DNA of 64,000 bases from Octopus sinensis (lineage: Eukaryota). The notes below the pieces were generated by a model, which did not search any database, was not told where the DNA came from, and saw only the letters and a list, made by a program, of their open reading frames with translations. The position numbers and the translations under genes are program-made. The stretch is from the NCBI RefSeq assembly GCF_006345805.1, contig NC_043026.1, positions 13,185,579 to 13,249,578 on the forward strand. The letters run 5' to 3'. Shown piece after piece: positions 10,162 through 22,674 of the stretch; the first letter of the stretch is position 1; each line of letters opens with the position of its first letter.

Positions 10162-11149
10162 TGAGCAATGGTGCATTGTATTGGTGGATTTTAGTGAAGC
10201 TGTCCTCTAGATTGTCTTTTGCACTTCCATGATATTTTCATGCTTCCAATAGCACTTTGATAAATTTTCTTACTTCAAGACTTGGTCAAATTGATCTGAA
10301 AAGAATTGAAAAAATTCAGTGAGTTATGGGGAGTCAAACTTTGAGTTCCTTTTTGGGAAAACCCAGTATGTGTACAATGCCACCATATTTCATTTTTCAT
10401 ATTAAATTTCAGTAGAATCGTAATCTGCACACGGAAGACACCTGTAGAAAGTTACATAAAAAGCAAAACAGCCATTTTTCTTATGGCAGTAATTGTATTC
10501 ACCTCAACAGACGTCATTGATTGGTTGAAATTGCCAAAATACGAGAAATTAAAGAAGAAATAGCTTACAAACTACAGAATTTTCTCAAGAACGCCAAGAG
10601 AAAAAGATGTTTTATGTGACACATTCTACCAGTATACGAAGTTTAAAAGTGTTTAGTTACAAAGAAATTATTTTAAAAATCTGCCAGTCAAAGTGAAAAG
10701 ATCCATTGACCTTATACATATAATCAGTTAATCCCATTTACAGATTGTGTATTCTACACCTATCCACCACTACAGATTTATAGCTTCAAGTTTATAGTGT
10801 GTGTGTGCGTGCATATACACACGTACCTACATACATACACACATGCGTACGTATGTACATGCGTGCATACATACATACACTCATACATACATACATATAT
10901 ATAATGAACTAACTGTTACTTTCTCAGATGCCGCACGGATTTTTGTCAGTGAACAGGTCGCGGTCTTATAGCGACGAAAATATTTTGACAAATTAAATTT
11001 AAATGTTGAAGTGAATCGAACGGCTTTTGTGTGTTTCTCGTGGAGCTTTTAGGTGTTTTCGCTCAATAAACACTCACAACGCCCGGTCTGGGAATCGAAA
11101 CCGCGAGTCCACTGCCCGAACCACTGGGCCATTGCGCCTCCACGAGACA

Positions 11150-11460
11150 ACTAGATATGCTCCTTTATGAATTCGAAGACATCATCTCTACGCATGCGTC
11201 GTTCTGCAAATGATTTTTCGCATCCATTTTCAACCTGGGGCGGTTTTTCTTCTCCTTTTCCTGTTCGTGTTGTTTTTCCATTTCCTCAAAGCAGTATTTA
11301 TCCTTTACAAAGCATTTCCGTAAGTATTCGATAATGAAACTATTATATCTGTTAATATTGTATGTTTTCTTCGGCACTGACTGGACTCCCTAACATGCCC
11401 CCCACTTCGACAAAACGTAATTGAATGGTGCTCGTCAGAGATCGATATTAATTCTGTTCT
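11150..11460 (+). promoter_or_regulatory. Putative promoter/exon 1 of gene 3 (ACGCATGCGT 11190-11199; donor GTAAGT 11320)
   Basis: Homologous to 4110-4400 and 20388-20700. Confidence 0.65.
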
Positions 11461-11729
11461 TCACCACATTTACTGAAATCAGTGATAGGACAGATTTCAG
11501 GAATAACAACACAAATCAACAAGCTTCGGCACAACTTAAATACATTATTATTAAGGTCGCAATCTGCCAGAACCGTCGGCACGTCGGGCAAAATGCTCAT
11601 CTGGGGTTGATAAAATGAGCACCGGTCAAGTGCTGGGGTCGATAACTGTTCTCAAGTTGTACCCTGTTGTCTTCTATAGAACCCTTTAGCATTGAGATTA
11701 TTACTCTGCACACGTAAGCGAAAGCAATG

Positions 11730-12158
11730 GGCAATCTTTCGTCTCTAGTTGACCTTTCCGTCGATTTCCGTAAAAAAAAATTTTCTTTTTACATATGGGC
11801 TTGCGGGAACTTTTGGAGTAATGAGAGCGAAAGAGACTAAGAGAAAGCGATTGACGAGGGAAGTTCTTTTGAAGTTACCGTCCAGGGGAAGCAATGATGT
11901 ACATGTGTGTGTGTGTTTGATGGGGTGTGGGAGACAGACAGGGGGTTGTGTAAGTGAAGTGCTTCTGTTAGTGTGTGTGAAGAGACAGAGTAATGTGTGA
12001 AAGAAAGAGATAACTGAGAACTTCCCTCGTCATACAATCGCTTTCTCTTAGTCTCTTTCGCTCTCATTACTTCAAAAGTTCCCGCAAGCCCATATGTAAA
12101 AAAAAAAATTTTTTTTACGGAAATCGACGGAAAGGTCTACTAGAGACGAAAGATTGCC
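11730..12158. mobile_element. MITE with ~140-bp terminal inverted repeats starting GGCAATCTTT
   Basis: ggcaatctttcgtctctagttgacctttccgtcgatttccg / cggaaatcgacggaaaggtctactagagacgaaagattgcc; related to 59830-60790. Confidence 0.8.
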
Positions 12159-12914
12159 AGTGAGGGGCTCGAAATGATGTAACTTTGGTTTGATTATCTT
12201 CAAACATACATAAGATATGCGACTTTGTGTTTAGGAATGGATTCGAGGGTTTCGTTTATTTACGAGTTAACTTCTTAATTTCGCCAGAGTATAAATACTT
12301 ATAATAGTAGTGATACTTAAAACCAAAATATTTTGGTTAATGCTGACATTATTACCCAGAAAGGAAATCGAAAAGCAAATAGTGCAGTGAGTGTAAAAAA
12401 AAATATAAGAATAGGGAAACAAAAAAGTCCGGAAAGCAACGGGGAGTGAGCAGAGTCCTTCGGAAAATTGACGAGATCCGATGTCTGGCTAAAAATGGAA
12501 TAGAGGCATCGTGATTGCCATAGAAACGGAGTAAGGCATTATATAGACTTACATTGCATGAGCTGCAAACATCCATGCTGTTGTATCAAGTCTTCAAATT
12601 CGAGGGTGGAGATGAAAAGCGAATAAATATTTGTGTGAATCATGATTCTTTCACTTGTAGTTTGGTATTTGTAGGGCAGCCTTTGCTTTTGTGCTCGAAG
12701 GCGATGGCATTCGGTAAATTCCGTAAATTCACTGAACCAGCATTTAATACTGACTTTCCTATCATTTGTGTGAAAAACTGCAAATATGGCATATAAAGAT
12801 GACTTATTTTCATAGAATTTTTTTTAATACCTTCCTGTAAATGTTTTTCTTGCGCACACCTTCACCCAACGCACACCTGCACGCAGATACACATGAATGA
12901 AGGCTAACAAATAA

Positions 12915-13078
12915 ACTGGAATAAACTGCCTGCGTCAGTTGTTGACTGCCATGACACTGCATCCTTTAAGGCCCTCATGCTTTCCGGGATCCGCCGAAAC
13001 TACACCTGATTATATATACACTTTGGATGGGTTGTGGTGCACCTGAGCACTGTACACAATTATTATTATTATTATTAT
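12915..13078 (+). mobile_element. CR1/L2-type LINE extreme 3' end with (ATT)n tail
   Basis: aataaactgcctgcgtcagttgtt encodes the NKLPASVV-like terminus seen at 22021-22362. Confidence 0.6.
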
Positions 13079-13570
13079 AAATTTGTAAGGCACATTATTA
13101 TTTGTAAAAAAAATCATCTGCGCGCAGGGTATGTGTCACCCCTCCAATGGCTTTCTTTTTCATTTTATCAAATTTAAAGCTTATTTATTCATAGTAATTT
13201 TGAATTAATCATGAATTATCTCATAGTTAGAATGTTTTGATGATGTGATTGTTTATTTTTTGGGATAACGTTGTAGGGTAGGTGTGAGAGACTGGACCTG
13301 GCTGGTTTGAATATAAACTAGTAGAACATATTTGCACCTCTTTAAATGCTATGTTAAATATTTTCTATATCTTATACAGTATATCTCACACTATATTTTT
13401 CCATCGTATTTCAGATTAACATATAATACTTAGGATTAAAGAATTCTTTACAGTGGTTACATCTCCATAATTTATCATCATTTCAAGACAGAAAGAAATT
13501 GTTTTATGGAAGTTATATAATCGTTTACATAAATTTGTGGATAATTTATTTTAATGAGAGGAGAAAAATT

Positions 13571-14422
13571 ATGGAAATTAAATTGTGGGAGAAGAAAGAT
13601 GGATTTAAAGCAAAATCTACAGCCATTGATTATCCAGATGGTTTAAAGAAAAAGGAAGAAAAAGCACGTTATCATTGTGATAGATGTGATAAATCATTCT
13701 CTGTGAAATGCCACCTCAATAAACACAAACTTATTCATACAGGAGAGAGACCACATCGTTGCGATATCTGTGGTAAATCGTTTTCTAAAAGGCGTAATTT
13801 AATTATTCACATTCGCGTTCATACTGGAGAGAAACCGTATCATTGTGATATCTGTGATGAATCATTCTCTGCGGAACGGCGCTTCAATAAACACAAATGT
13901 TTTCATCCCGGAAGGAGACCACATCAGTGCGATATCTGTGGTAAATCATTCTCTCTCAGGTGTCATCTAACTATTCACATACGCATTCATACAGGAGAGA
14001 AACCGTATCACTGTGATGTCTGTGGCAAATCTTTCTCCGTCGGAAGCAGCTTGACTAAACACAAACGTATTCATACAGGAGAGAAACCATTCCACTGTGA
14101 TGTCTGCGGTAAATCATTCTCTGGCAGTAGTGACTTAACTCAACATAAACGCTTTCATACAGGGGATAAACCATATCAGTGTGATATCTGTAGTAAATCA
14201 TTCTCGCAAAGTGCACACTTAACTGTACACAGACGTATTCACACAGGAGAAAAACCATATCAGTGCGATATCTGTGGTAAATCATTCTCTGAAAGTAGTC
14301 CGTTAACTCAGCATAAACGTGTTCATACAGGAGAGAAACCATATCACTGTGATATCTGTGACAAATCCTTCACTGCAATACGTAGCTTAACTAAGCATAG
14401 AGATAGTCACACAGGGGACTAA
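13571..14422 (+). CDS. C2H2 zinc-finger protein, gene 3 (283 aa, 9 fingers)
   Basis: Nine fingers; ATG at 13571; acceptor AG at 13413-13414; 14 aa differences from gene 2. Confidence 0.93.
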   Translation: MEIKLWEKKDGFKAKSTAIDYPDGLKKKEEKARYHCDRCDKSFSVKCHLNKHKLIHTGERPHRCDICGKSFSKRRNLIIHIRVHTGEKPYHCDICDESFSAERRFNKHKCFHPGRRPHQCDICGKSFSLRCHLTIHIRIHTGEKPYHCDVCGKSFSVGSSLTKHKRIHTGEKPFHCDVCGKSFSGSSDLTQHKRFHTGDKPYQCDICSKSFSQSAHLTVHRRIHTGEKPYQCDICGKSFSESSPLTQHKRVHTGEKPYHCDICDKSFTAIRSLTKHRDSHTGD

Positions 14423-14954
14423 CGATATTTGTGTGATATCTGTGGTAAATCATTCTCTGAAAATTGTCTATTAACTCTTCATAAACCTGTTCATACATGA
14501 GAGAAACCCTCTCACTTTAATGTCTGTAATAAACTAGTCATACTGACATCAAGTATGGTGGGTGTGGAGTGAATAGGAGAAAATTATCAATAGGAAATTC
14601 GTATTTTTTTTTCTCATGGGGTGACAGTGTATGGAATGTGTCTTTGGGATCTGGAAATGAAGGCTAAGTCTATGAAAAGGTATCGTACTTCTTCTGCAAG
14701 TCCTAGCCAGCAATCACTACATAGAGTCATGGTGACTTTTTTTTTTTCATAATAAAGGCATCCTTCTCCTTAGTTTTCTGGAGCATGGCTGTAGAATGAT
14801 ATGCAATTGAGACATTGAAAAAACTTAGAGAAAGCATTTAGAAGGAAGAACTTAAAAAAGAATCTGAAAACTATCCACATTCATCAAAACAATCCATGAC
14901 CACCTACATTTGACTATGCTTGGTCCACTGCAAGATAGGGGCCCTCAGTATAAA

Positions 14955-15345
14955 ATAATAAAAATAATGAAATTATTGTATACAGTGCTCTGGTGCACCG
15001 CAACTTGTCAGAAAGTGCGTATAGAGTATATGCAGTAATGTACAAATGTCTGGAAAGTGAACAGTGTAATGAGTCAGATACATGCTTGCGTGTGTATGGA
15101 GGGAAGAAGATCAGGTGTAGTGTTGGCGAATCTCAGGAAGCATGGAAGTTTTGAAGGATGCAGTGCTCCGACAACTAACAACTGATGCCGGCAGTTTGTT
15201 CCATGCTTCAGCAACTCTCAGCATGAAAAAATGTTTCTGAAAGTCATGGGAGCTGTGCTGTTTTCTGATTTTGTAAACATGCCCACGTGTGTTAGACGGG
15301 TGGAGTTTGAAAAGGTGCTCAGAGTTATTGTTTGTAAGATGGTCA
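14955..15345 (-). mobile_element. CR1/L2-type LINE 3' fragment
   Basis: NTRGHVYKIRKQHSSHDFQKHFFMLRVAEAWNKLP; same family as 21850-22362. Confidence 0.8.
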
Positions 15346-15639
15346 CTGAATCTCTGAAATGTAATGGGAAAATAGGTCAGTTTCAAAATATTGATGTCCA
15401 GGTTACAAAACCATAAGCTTGAAGGGAATATTAAACATTTCCTTTGGTTTCTATGTAGAAACAAATAGGAAATAAGCCTTACTGACCAAAGACAAATAGT
15501 GAAAAAATGTTTCCTAAAGTCATGGGAGCTGTGCTGTTTTCTGACTTTTTCCACCACCGACAGTGTGATGTGAAGGCCATAAGTTTGAACTTGAGATTAT
15601 AATGGTTATAATGAGCCTGTTCCACTATATTTTCTCAAC

Positions 15640-15812
15640 ATGGCTTGGCAAAAGGATGCTGTTTTTATACTCATACCCAGCAGCAGTAAACTCAATTAAT
15701 CGATCCCAGCATTCAACACACATCTTTGTCATGAAATCAGGCAACTGGCAAATTTCCCTCAATCACTGTGCAGCATGGATCTGGTGCCTTCTAACTTCCA
15801 CCTGTTCAGTAC
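15640..15812 (+). mobile_element. Degraded mariner transposase C-terminal fragment
   Basis: atggatctggtgccttctaacttccacctgttc = MDLVPSNFHLF, resembling the SPDLAPSDFHLF motif. Confidence 0.45.
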
Positions 15813-16089
15813 AGGGAAGAACAATCTTCATCATTATTCATCCTTTGTTTGTTTTCCATGTTGGCATGAGTTGGATGGTTTGACCAGAACTGACCTGCTG
15901 GTTTGGTTTGTATGGTTGGATGTCCTTCCTTAATGCCAACCATTTTACAGAGTGTGCTGGTTATTTATTTATTTTTTTTTTCCATTGTAGCGGCATAGGT
16001 GCTCAACACGTGGCCCATCATGGGTGTCTTGCATGCAGCCCTAGCATGAGTGCATCGTATATGGTGCCGGCATTACATAGAACAAATAA

Positions 16090-16323
16090 GGCTGCGAGCT
16101 GGCAGAAACGTTAGCATGCCGGGCGAAATGCGTAGCCGTATTTCGTCTGCCGTTACGTTCTGAGTTCAAATTCCGCCGAGGTCGACTTTGCCTTTCATCC
16201 TCTCGTGGGTCGATAAATTAAGTACCAGTTATGCACTGGGGTCGATATAACCGACTTAATCCGTTTGTCTGTCCTTGTTTGTCCTCTCTGTGTTTAGCCC
16301 CTTGTGGGTAGTAAAGAAATAGG
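16090..16323 (+). mobile_element. Single full copy of the Deu/Nin-like SINE (with tRNA-like head)
   Basis: Head tggcagaaacgttagc, B box gagttcaaattcc, body gtcgactttgcctttcatcc. Confidence 0.75.
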
Positions 16324-17444
16324 CATTAGTGCTTTTTACACAGCACTAGCATGGGTCTTTCTATGTGGTACTGCCACAGGACTCTTGCATGGCATAAACC
16401 CCTTGGGAATACCTGTTTCATGTCACAGAGGTGATAATTGTTGGGATGAAGATGGTACAGCAGTGCACACCTGTATTTTTTTTTCAAAGAAAATCAAGAG
16501 TTAAATTGAAAGATTGTGTAAATGCTGCCTTTGTAATGGAAACAATGCTGAATAAGTCCTTTTGAATGAAGGAATAACATTCTTCCTGCAGGTAGAATTT
16601 GAAAGATCTATATCAGTTATTAAACAAGTTAAGCCCTCTTTTATATTGGTTTCAGGAACAGCTCCCCACCACCATATTCACAAGCTCAAAATTATATATA
16701 CAGGGGCTTGACCAGCCACTACAAGTTTCTACTGGTCACTATTGAAACCTCACATTTTCTCAGACACTACACTACTGTTTTCCTCAGGCAAAATTGAAAT
16801 AATAGCAGACCGTCTGAAAAGCGAGCCTTGTGAAGTCCAGTGGCTGCTGCAGTGTTTACCACTGAGCATTTTCCATGGCAATTCTGTCTTGTTTGTAGCC
16901 ACATGGAAAGGTTGAGCACATCACTTTTTCTGGGGTGTGTGACCATTGCTCCTCCCCTTCCATCTAGTTCTGTTTCATAGCATGCCAAACACTTTCTCTT
17001 TCATTTTCTGTTTCATTTTTCCTTGTAATTAAAATGTGATAAATAAAATTGTTTCAAGTGTGAGCATGACAGAAACTGTAATATAATTTTCAAGATGTAG
17101 CAAATAAAAAATTGAATATCTCACAGTTGTTCGAAAATGTTGTTCATTTCGTTTCTTCGAATGTGAACCATTCAGAAAGGTGCTTGCGAATACTCTCAAA
17201 ACATTCCTTTCCACATTTTCCATATTTAAGAAGAGTGGTCCTGGTGTATGCACTCGCGCAAGCTAGTCGTGACTAGTCGATCCTTACTTTGTGGTTTTGC
17301 TTTATTTACTTTGCCTTTCATCCTTTCGGGGTCAATAAATTAAGTACCAGTTACGCACTGGGGTCGATGTAATCGACTTAATACCCATGTCTATCCTTGT
17401 TTGTCCCCTCTATGTTTAGCCCCTTGTGGGTAGTAAAGAAATAG

Positions 17445-18914
17445 GTACTACTTCTGAAGAGTAGTCCCTTAGCAGATACTGGTGAAAATGTTGTACGATA
17501 TATTATCTTATATTCAAGACTTTGAAGCGGCGTATTCGTTTCTGAAGGAGAAGAAAGTTCTCAATAATGTTTGTCCCCGATGTGTACGATGCCAGAAAGA
17601 GATGACGCTGATAAAGCATAACGAAGAGAGGATATTTCTCTGCCCCCGAAGGCGGCGAGCTGGCAGAAGCTCTTTCTGGCATTGTTCCCTCCACAGAAAT
17701 TCGTCTAGATACGACTCCACCATGTTGGAGTGTACCCCCATCATTGTCTCAAAGCATCTTTTCGCATTCTTCCAGTAACACTCCACAGAATTTGTGTGTA
17801 CATGTGCCACTGGATCCACGAAATTCTTGGAATGGTTGACTGTGAAATGGATGTATTTTGGTGTCACATCCATTTCAGCAATCCCATTATAAGCACTCCA
17901 ACAATCCGAATAAATTGTAGTGCCTGGTCTTATAAATTTTTTGATGATGGGTAGCAGAGTTTCGGAGGAACGGTCAGGTACGAAGACGAGAAAACCTTTC
18001 TTGTCTTCTCTATCCCATCCTCCGAAAACCCAATTCTCCTGTAGCATCCTACCTCTGTTATATTTCCATTCATCTATTTCCACGATGTGCCCAAGTCCAC
18101 CAATTTGGTATGGGTTATTGAGAAGATGGTTGCTCGTAATATCGCGGATATATAGGCGCAGGAGTGGCTGTGTGGTAAGTAGCTTGCTTACCAAACGCAT
18201 GGTTCCGGGTTCAGTCCCACTACGTGGCATCTTGGGCAAGTGTCTTCTGCTATAGCCTCGGGCCGACTAAAGCCTTGAGGGTTGATTTGGTAGACGGAAA
18301 CTGAAAGAAGCCTGTTGTATATATATATTTGTCTGTGTTTGTCCCCCTAGCATTGCTTGACAACCGATGCTGGTGTGTTTACGTCCCAGTTACTTAGCGG
18401 TTCGGCAAAAGAGACCGATAGAATAAGTACTGGGCTTACAAAAGAATAAGTCCCGGGGTCGAGTTGCTCGACTAAAAGGCTGTGCTCCAGCATGGCCGCA
18501 GTCAAATGACTGAAACAAGTAAAAGAGTATACCATTGGATCATGGTGCTTTGTGCCAATCCAGTCAGTTCAGTTGTTGTAGAAACTGGTGTGTTATGACA
18601 CCATAAATATGTGGTTAGGATAAAGTCCCGTAGCTTTAGTTTGGACTTTTCTAGGTACGAGTTCTTCCGAATGGACACCTTTACACCTTTGTGCGTTGGG
18701 CAGCGAAATATCCTCTCTTCGTTATGCTTTATCAGCGTCATCTCTTTCTGGCATCGTACACATCGGGGACAAACATTATTGAGAACTTTATTTTTCAGAA
18801 GCGAATACGCCGCTTCAAAGTCTTGAATATAAGGTAATATATCGTACAACATTTTCACCAGTATCTGCTAACCGCTACTAATCTGCTACGGGACCAGTAT
18901 TAGCTAGTAGTACC
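17445..18914 (-). mobile_element. Merlin (IS1595/ISXO2-like) DNA transposon relic, transposase split by a SINE
   Basis: VEIDE...KYNRGR...WVFGG...DRSSETLLPIIKKFIRPGTTIYSDCWSAY...TVNHSKNFVDP...HTNSVECYW...YLDEFLWR (17690-18150); N-terminal Zn-ribbon/HTH at 18530-18858; ends begin GGTACTACT. Confidence 0.85.
18155..18529 (+). mobile_element. Family C SINE inserted in the Merlin transposase
   Basis: Full head-to-tail match; interrupts ...QWY / IRDITSNHL... Confidence 0.85.
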
Positions 18915-18989
18915 TAGGTACCGTAAGTGGCTTTATTTACATTTCTGAAGATAACAGAAACCCTTTTCTCCACTCCTAACCCCCCATAC

Positions 18990-19413
18990 TTTCTCTTTAC
19001 TCTTTTACTTGTTTCAGTCATTTGACTGCGGCCATGCTGGAGCACCGCCTTTAATCGAGCAACTCGAACCCGGGACTTATTCTTTTGTAAGCCCAGTACT
19101 TATTCTATCGGTCTCTTTTGCCGAACGGGGACATAAACACATCAGCATCGGTTGTCAAGCAGTATTGGGGGGACAAACACACACACGCATATATATATAT
19201 ATATATACACATATACGACGGGCTTCTTTCAGTTTCCGTCTACCAAATCCACTCACAAGGCATTGGTCTTGAATATAAGGTAATATATCGTACAACATTT
19301 TCACTCACAAGGCTATAGTAGAAAACACTTGCCCAAGGTGCCACGCAATGGGACTGAACCCGGAACCATGTGGTTGGTAAACAAGCTACTTACCACACAG
19401 CCACACCTGCGCC
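18990..19413 (-). mobile_element. Family C SINE (contains a 39-bp templated insertion)
   Basis: Reverse-complement match to family C. Confidence 0.85.
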
Positions 19414-19610
19414 TATATATATAAACTTTCTTGAAATGTTACACAAAGCAAATAATTTTTTTTAACAAAGTAAATAAAGAAAAAACACAAAGTAAGAATT
19501 GACTAGTCACGACTAGCTTGCACCAGGACCACACTTCTTAAGTAGTACCTTGGTTATCATCTGAACACTTGATTGCATTGTTTTACAGCGATCATGAGCG
19601 CAGACAAATA

Positions 19611-20385
19611 TATTTCTTTACTACCCACAAGGGGCTAAACACAGAGGGGACAAACAAGGACAGGCAAACGGATTAAGTCGATTATATCGACCCCAGTGCG
19701 TAACTGGTACTTAATTTATCGACCCCGAAAGGATGAAAGGTAAAGTCGACCTCGGCGGAATTTGAACTCAGAACGTAACGGTAGACGAAATACCTATTTC
19801 TTTACTACCCACAAGGGGCTAAACATAGAGGGGACAAACGGATTAATTCGATTACATCGACCCCAGAGCGTAACTGGTACTTATTTAATCGACCCCGAAA
19901 GGATGAAAGGTAAAGTCGACCTCGGCGGAATTTGAACTCAGAACGTAACGGTAGACGAAATACCTATTTCTTTACTACCCACAAGGGGCTAAACACAGAG
20001 GGGACAAACAAGGACAGACATAGGTATTATGGCGATTACATCGACCCCAGAGCGTAACTAGTGCTTAATTTATCGACCCCGAAAGGGTGAAAGGCAAAGT
20101 CGACCTCACCCTGATTATCATCTGAACACTTGACTGCATTGTTTCACAGCGATCACGGGCGCAGACAAATAGACATGTTCGTACGTAGGAGGACGGATAG
20201 ACGGAGACACAGATATATTTCTTTACTGCCCACAAGGGGCTAAATATAGAGGGGACAAACAAGGACAGACAAAGGGATTAAGTCGATTACATCGACCCCA
20301 GTGGGAAGCTGGTACTTTAATTATCGACCCCCCCGATAGGATGAAAGGCAAAGTCGACCTCGGCGGAATTTGAACTCAGAACGTA
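19611..20385 (-). repeat. Tandem Deu/Nin-like SINE units (3 adjacent plus 1), with a duplicated flank
   Basis: tatttctttactacc at 19611, 19795, 19965; flank 19553-19610 repeated at 20116-20172. Confidence 0.8.
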
Positions 20386-20387
20386 AG

Positions 20388-20700
20388 CAAGAGATGCTCC
20401 TTTACAAAAACGAAACCGACATCACCTCTACGCATGCGTCGTCAGAAAATGATTTCCGTCTTTGAACTCGGCTTCACTTTTTGTTGTGTCTGAAGTTCTT
20501 CTCATCTCATTGCAGTCGTAGCAGTATTTATCCTTCGCTCAGCATTTCTGTAAGTATTCGATAATGAAACGGTAAACTATTATGTCTGTTTAATATTCTA
20601 TGTTTTCTTCAGCATTGACTGGACTCTCCTAACATGCCTCCCACTTTGATAAAACGCAATTAAACGGTGCTCGTCAGACATCGATATTGATTCGATTCTC
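20388..20700 (+). promoter_or_regulatory. Putative promoter/exon 1 of gene 4 (ACGCATGCGT 20430-20439; donor GTAAGT 20550)
   Basis: Homologous to the modules upstream of genes 2 and 3. Confidence 0.65.
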
Positions 20701-21439
20701 CACCCCTTTTCCAAAGGGACTTGCATTTTAAACATCCCTCTGAAGGGTTCCGCTCCTTAATTCTACTATATACATACACACGCACACACATTTATCTCTC
20801 TATCCACATATATACTCTTTGACTCTTTTACTTGTTTCAGTCATTTGACTGTGGCCATGCTGGAGCACCGCCTTTTAGTCGAGCAAATCAACCCCGGGAC
20901 GTATTCTTTGTAAGCCTAGTACTTATTGTATCGGTGTCTTTTGCCGAACCGCTAAGTGACGGGGACGTAAACACACCAGCATCGGTTGTCAGACACACGA
21001 ACATCGTAGGATCGACTACTTACGACTAGCTATAGCGGACGCGCGACTGTGCGCACCGGGTCCAAGTCTTCGCTAGTAGTACGCCAGTAATTTTGCAAAC
21101 ACACAAAGACGAGTGATTACAATACCTTGCTTTCGCTTACATTGCAAACATCCATGCTGTTGTATCAAGTCTTCAAATTCGAGGGTGGAAATGAAAAGCG
21201 AATAAATATTTGTGTGAATCATGATTCTTTCACTTGTAGTTTGGTATTTGTAGGGCAACCTTTGCTTTTGTAAATTCACTGAACCAGCATTTAATACTGA
21301 CTTTCCTATCATTTATGTGGAAAATTAGAAATATAGCATATAAAGAATTCTTACACTTTTGATCCATAGAGTATATTGGCCATGATACTGGGGTAGGTGG
21401 CCAGGTCTTTCCCCAGGCCAGAGCCATTTAGCCAGCATA

Positions 21440-21612
21440 CTTACCATATGCCGTTGTCCGCCCCAGCACCACAGCGAGGAGAACGGTTGGACTTTGGAGT
21501 CAATAGTGATACCAGAGTGGACATAGCCAATCTGAAAGAAGCGGCCCAGGATAGAACTGACTGGAGGACACTGATCCAGCGAGTGACCGAGAGTCGACTT
21601 CGACTGAGCAGA
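21440..21612 (+). mobile_element. RTE (BovB-like) LINE 3' end
   Basis: LKEAAQDRTDWRTLIQRVTESRLRL*, typical RTE C-terminus. Confidence 0.6.
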
Positions 21613-21848
21613 TAGAGAGAGAGCATATAAAGATAACTTATTTTCATAGAATTTTTATTAATACCTTCCTGTAAATGTTTTCCTTGCACACTTTCCCATC
21701 CCACACACACACACACACACACATGAATATAGGTTAAGAAAACTGCAAGTCATGCTATAAGTTCTAAAGTATTATCTGCATGCAGGTTAAGCATTGCCCC
21801 TCCAATGCCTTTCTTTTTCATCTTATCAAATTTAAAGCTTATTTATTC

Positions 21849-21849
<1 letters not shown>

Positions 21850-21881
<32 letters not shown>

Positions 21882-22362
21882 AATTATTGTATACAGTGCT
21901 CAGGTGCACCACAACCTGTCAGAAAGTGTGTATAAAGTGTATGCAGTAATGTACAAATGTCTGGAAAGCGAACAATGTATGAGTCAGATACGTGCTTGCG
22001 TGTGTATGGAGGGGAGAAAATCAGGTGTAGTATTGGCGAATCTCAGGAAGCATAGAAGTTTTGAAGGATGCAGTGCTCCGACAACTAACAACTGATGCCG
22101 GCAGTTTGTTCCATGCTTCAGCAACTCTCAGCGTGAAAAAATGTTTCCTAAAATCATGGGAGCTGTGCTGTTTTCTGACTTTGTAAACATGCCCACGTGT
22201 GTTAGACGGGTGGAGTTTGAAAAGGTGCTCAGAGTTATTGTTTGTAAGATGGTTAATAATTTTATGGGTGTCTGCCAAGTCAGCTGTCAGACGTCGGAGT
22301 TTCAATGTGTCCATGTCCAGGGAAGTAAGGCGTTCAGAATATGGCAAATGCCTGATGTTCAT
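21850..22362 (-). mobile_element. CR1/L2-type LINE 3' fragment with (ATT)n tail
   Basis: YSERLTSLDMDTLKLRRL...NTRGHVYKV...FFTLRVAEAWNKLP. Confidence 0.85.
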
Positions 22363-22674
22363 GTTCGTTTCAAATTAATTATGTTTTGATGATGTGATTG
22401 TTTCTTTTAGGATAACATCATAGGGTAGGTGTGAGTGGTTTGAATATAGACAAGTAGAAAATATTTGCACTACTTTAAATGCTATGTTAAATATTTTCTG
22501 TATCTTATACAATATATCTCACACTATTTTTCTATCTTATTTCAGAATATCATATAATATTTATGATTGAAGAAGTATTTATCATTTGAAGACAAAAAGA
22601 AAATGTTTTACTGAAGTTATATAATTGTTTACATAAATTTTTGGATAATTTATTTTAATGAGAGGGGAGAAATT

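Noticed and set aside
9688-10176. Repetitive ORFs such as GAFYVPPARGPGEAGKRPRMD (also 24944-25438, 26211-26522, 55164-55620, 62073-62384)
   Set aside because: Translation of the 60-bp minisatellite and SINE core.
11722-12166. 8-bp Merlin TSD for the GGCAATC and GGATCTT (58221-58894) MITEs
   Set aside because: Flanks do not match (aagcaatg/agtgaggg; agaagttg/agcagcta), so the superfamily is not established for these.
15111-15557. 148-aa minus-strand ORF
   Set aside because: Chimera of two CR1 3' fragments and an unrelated repeat.
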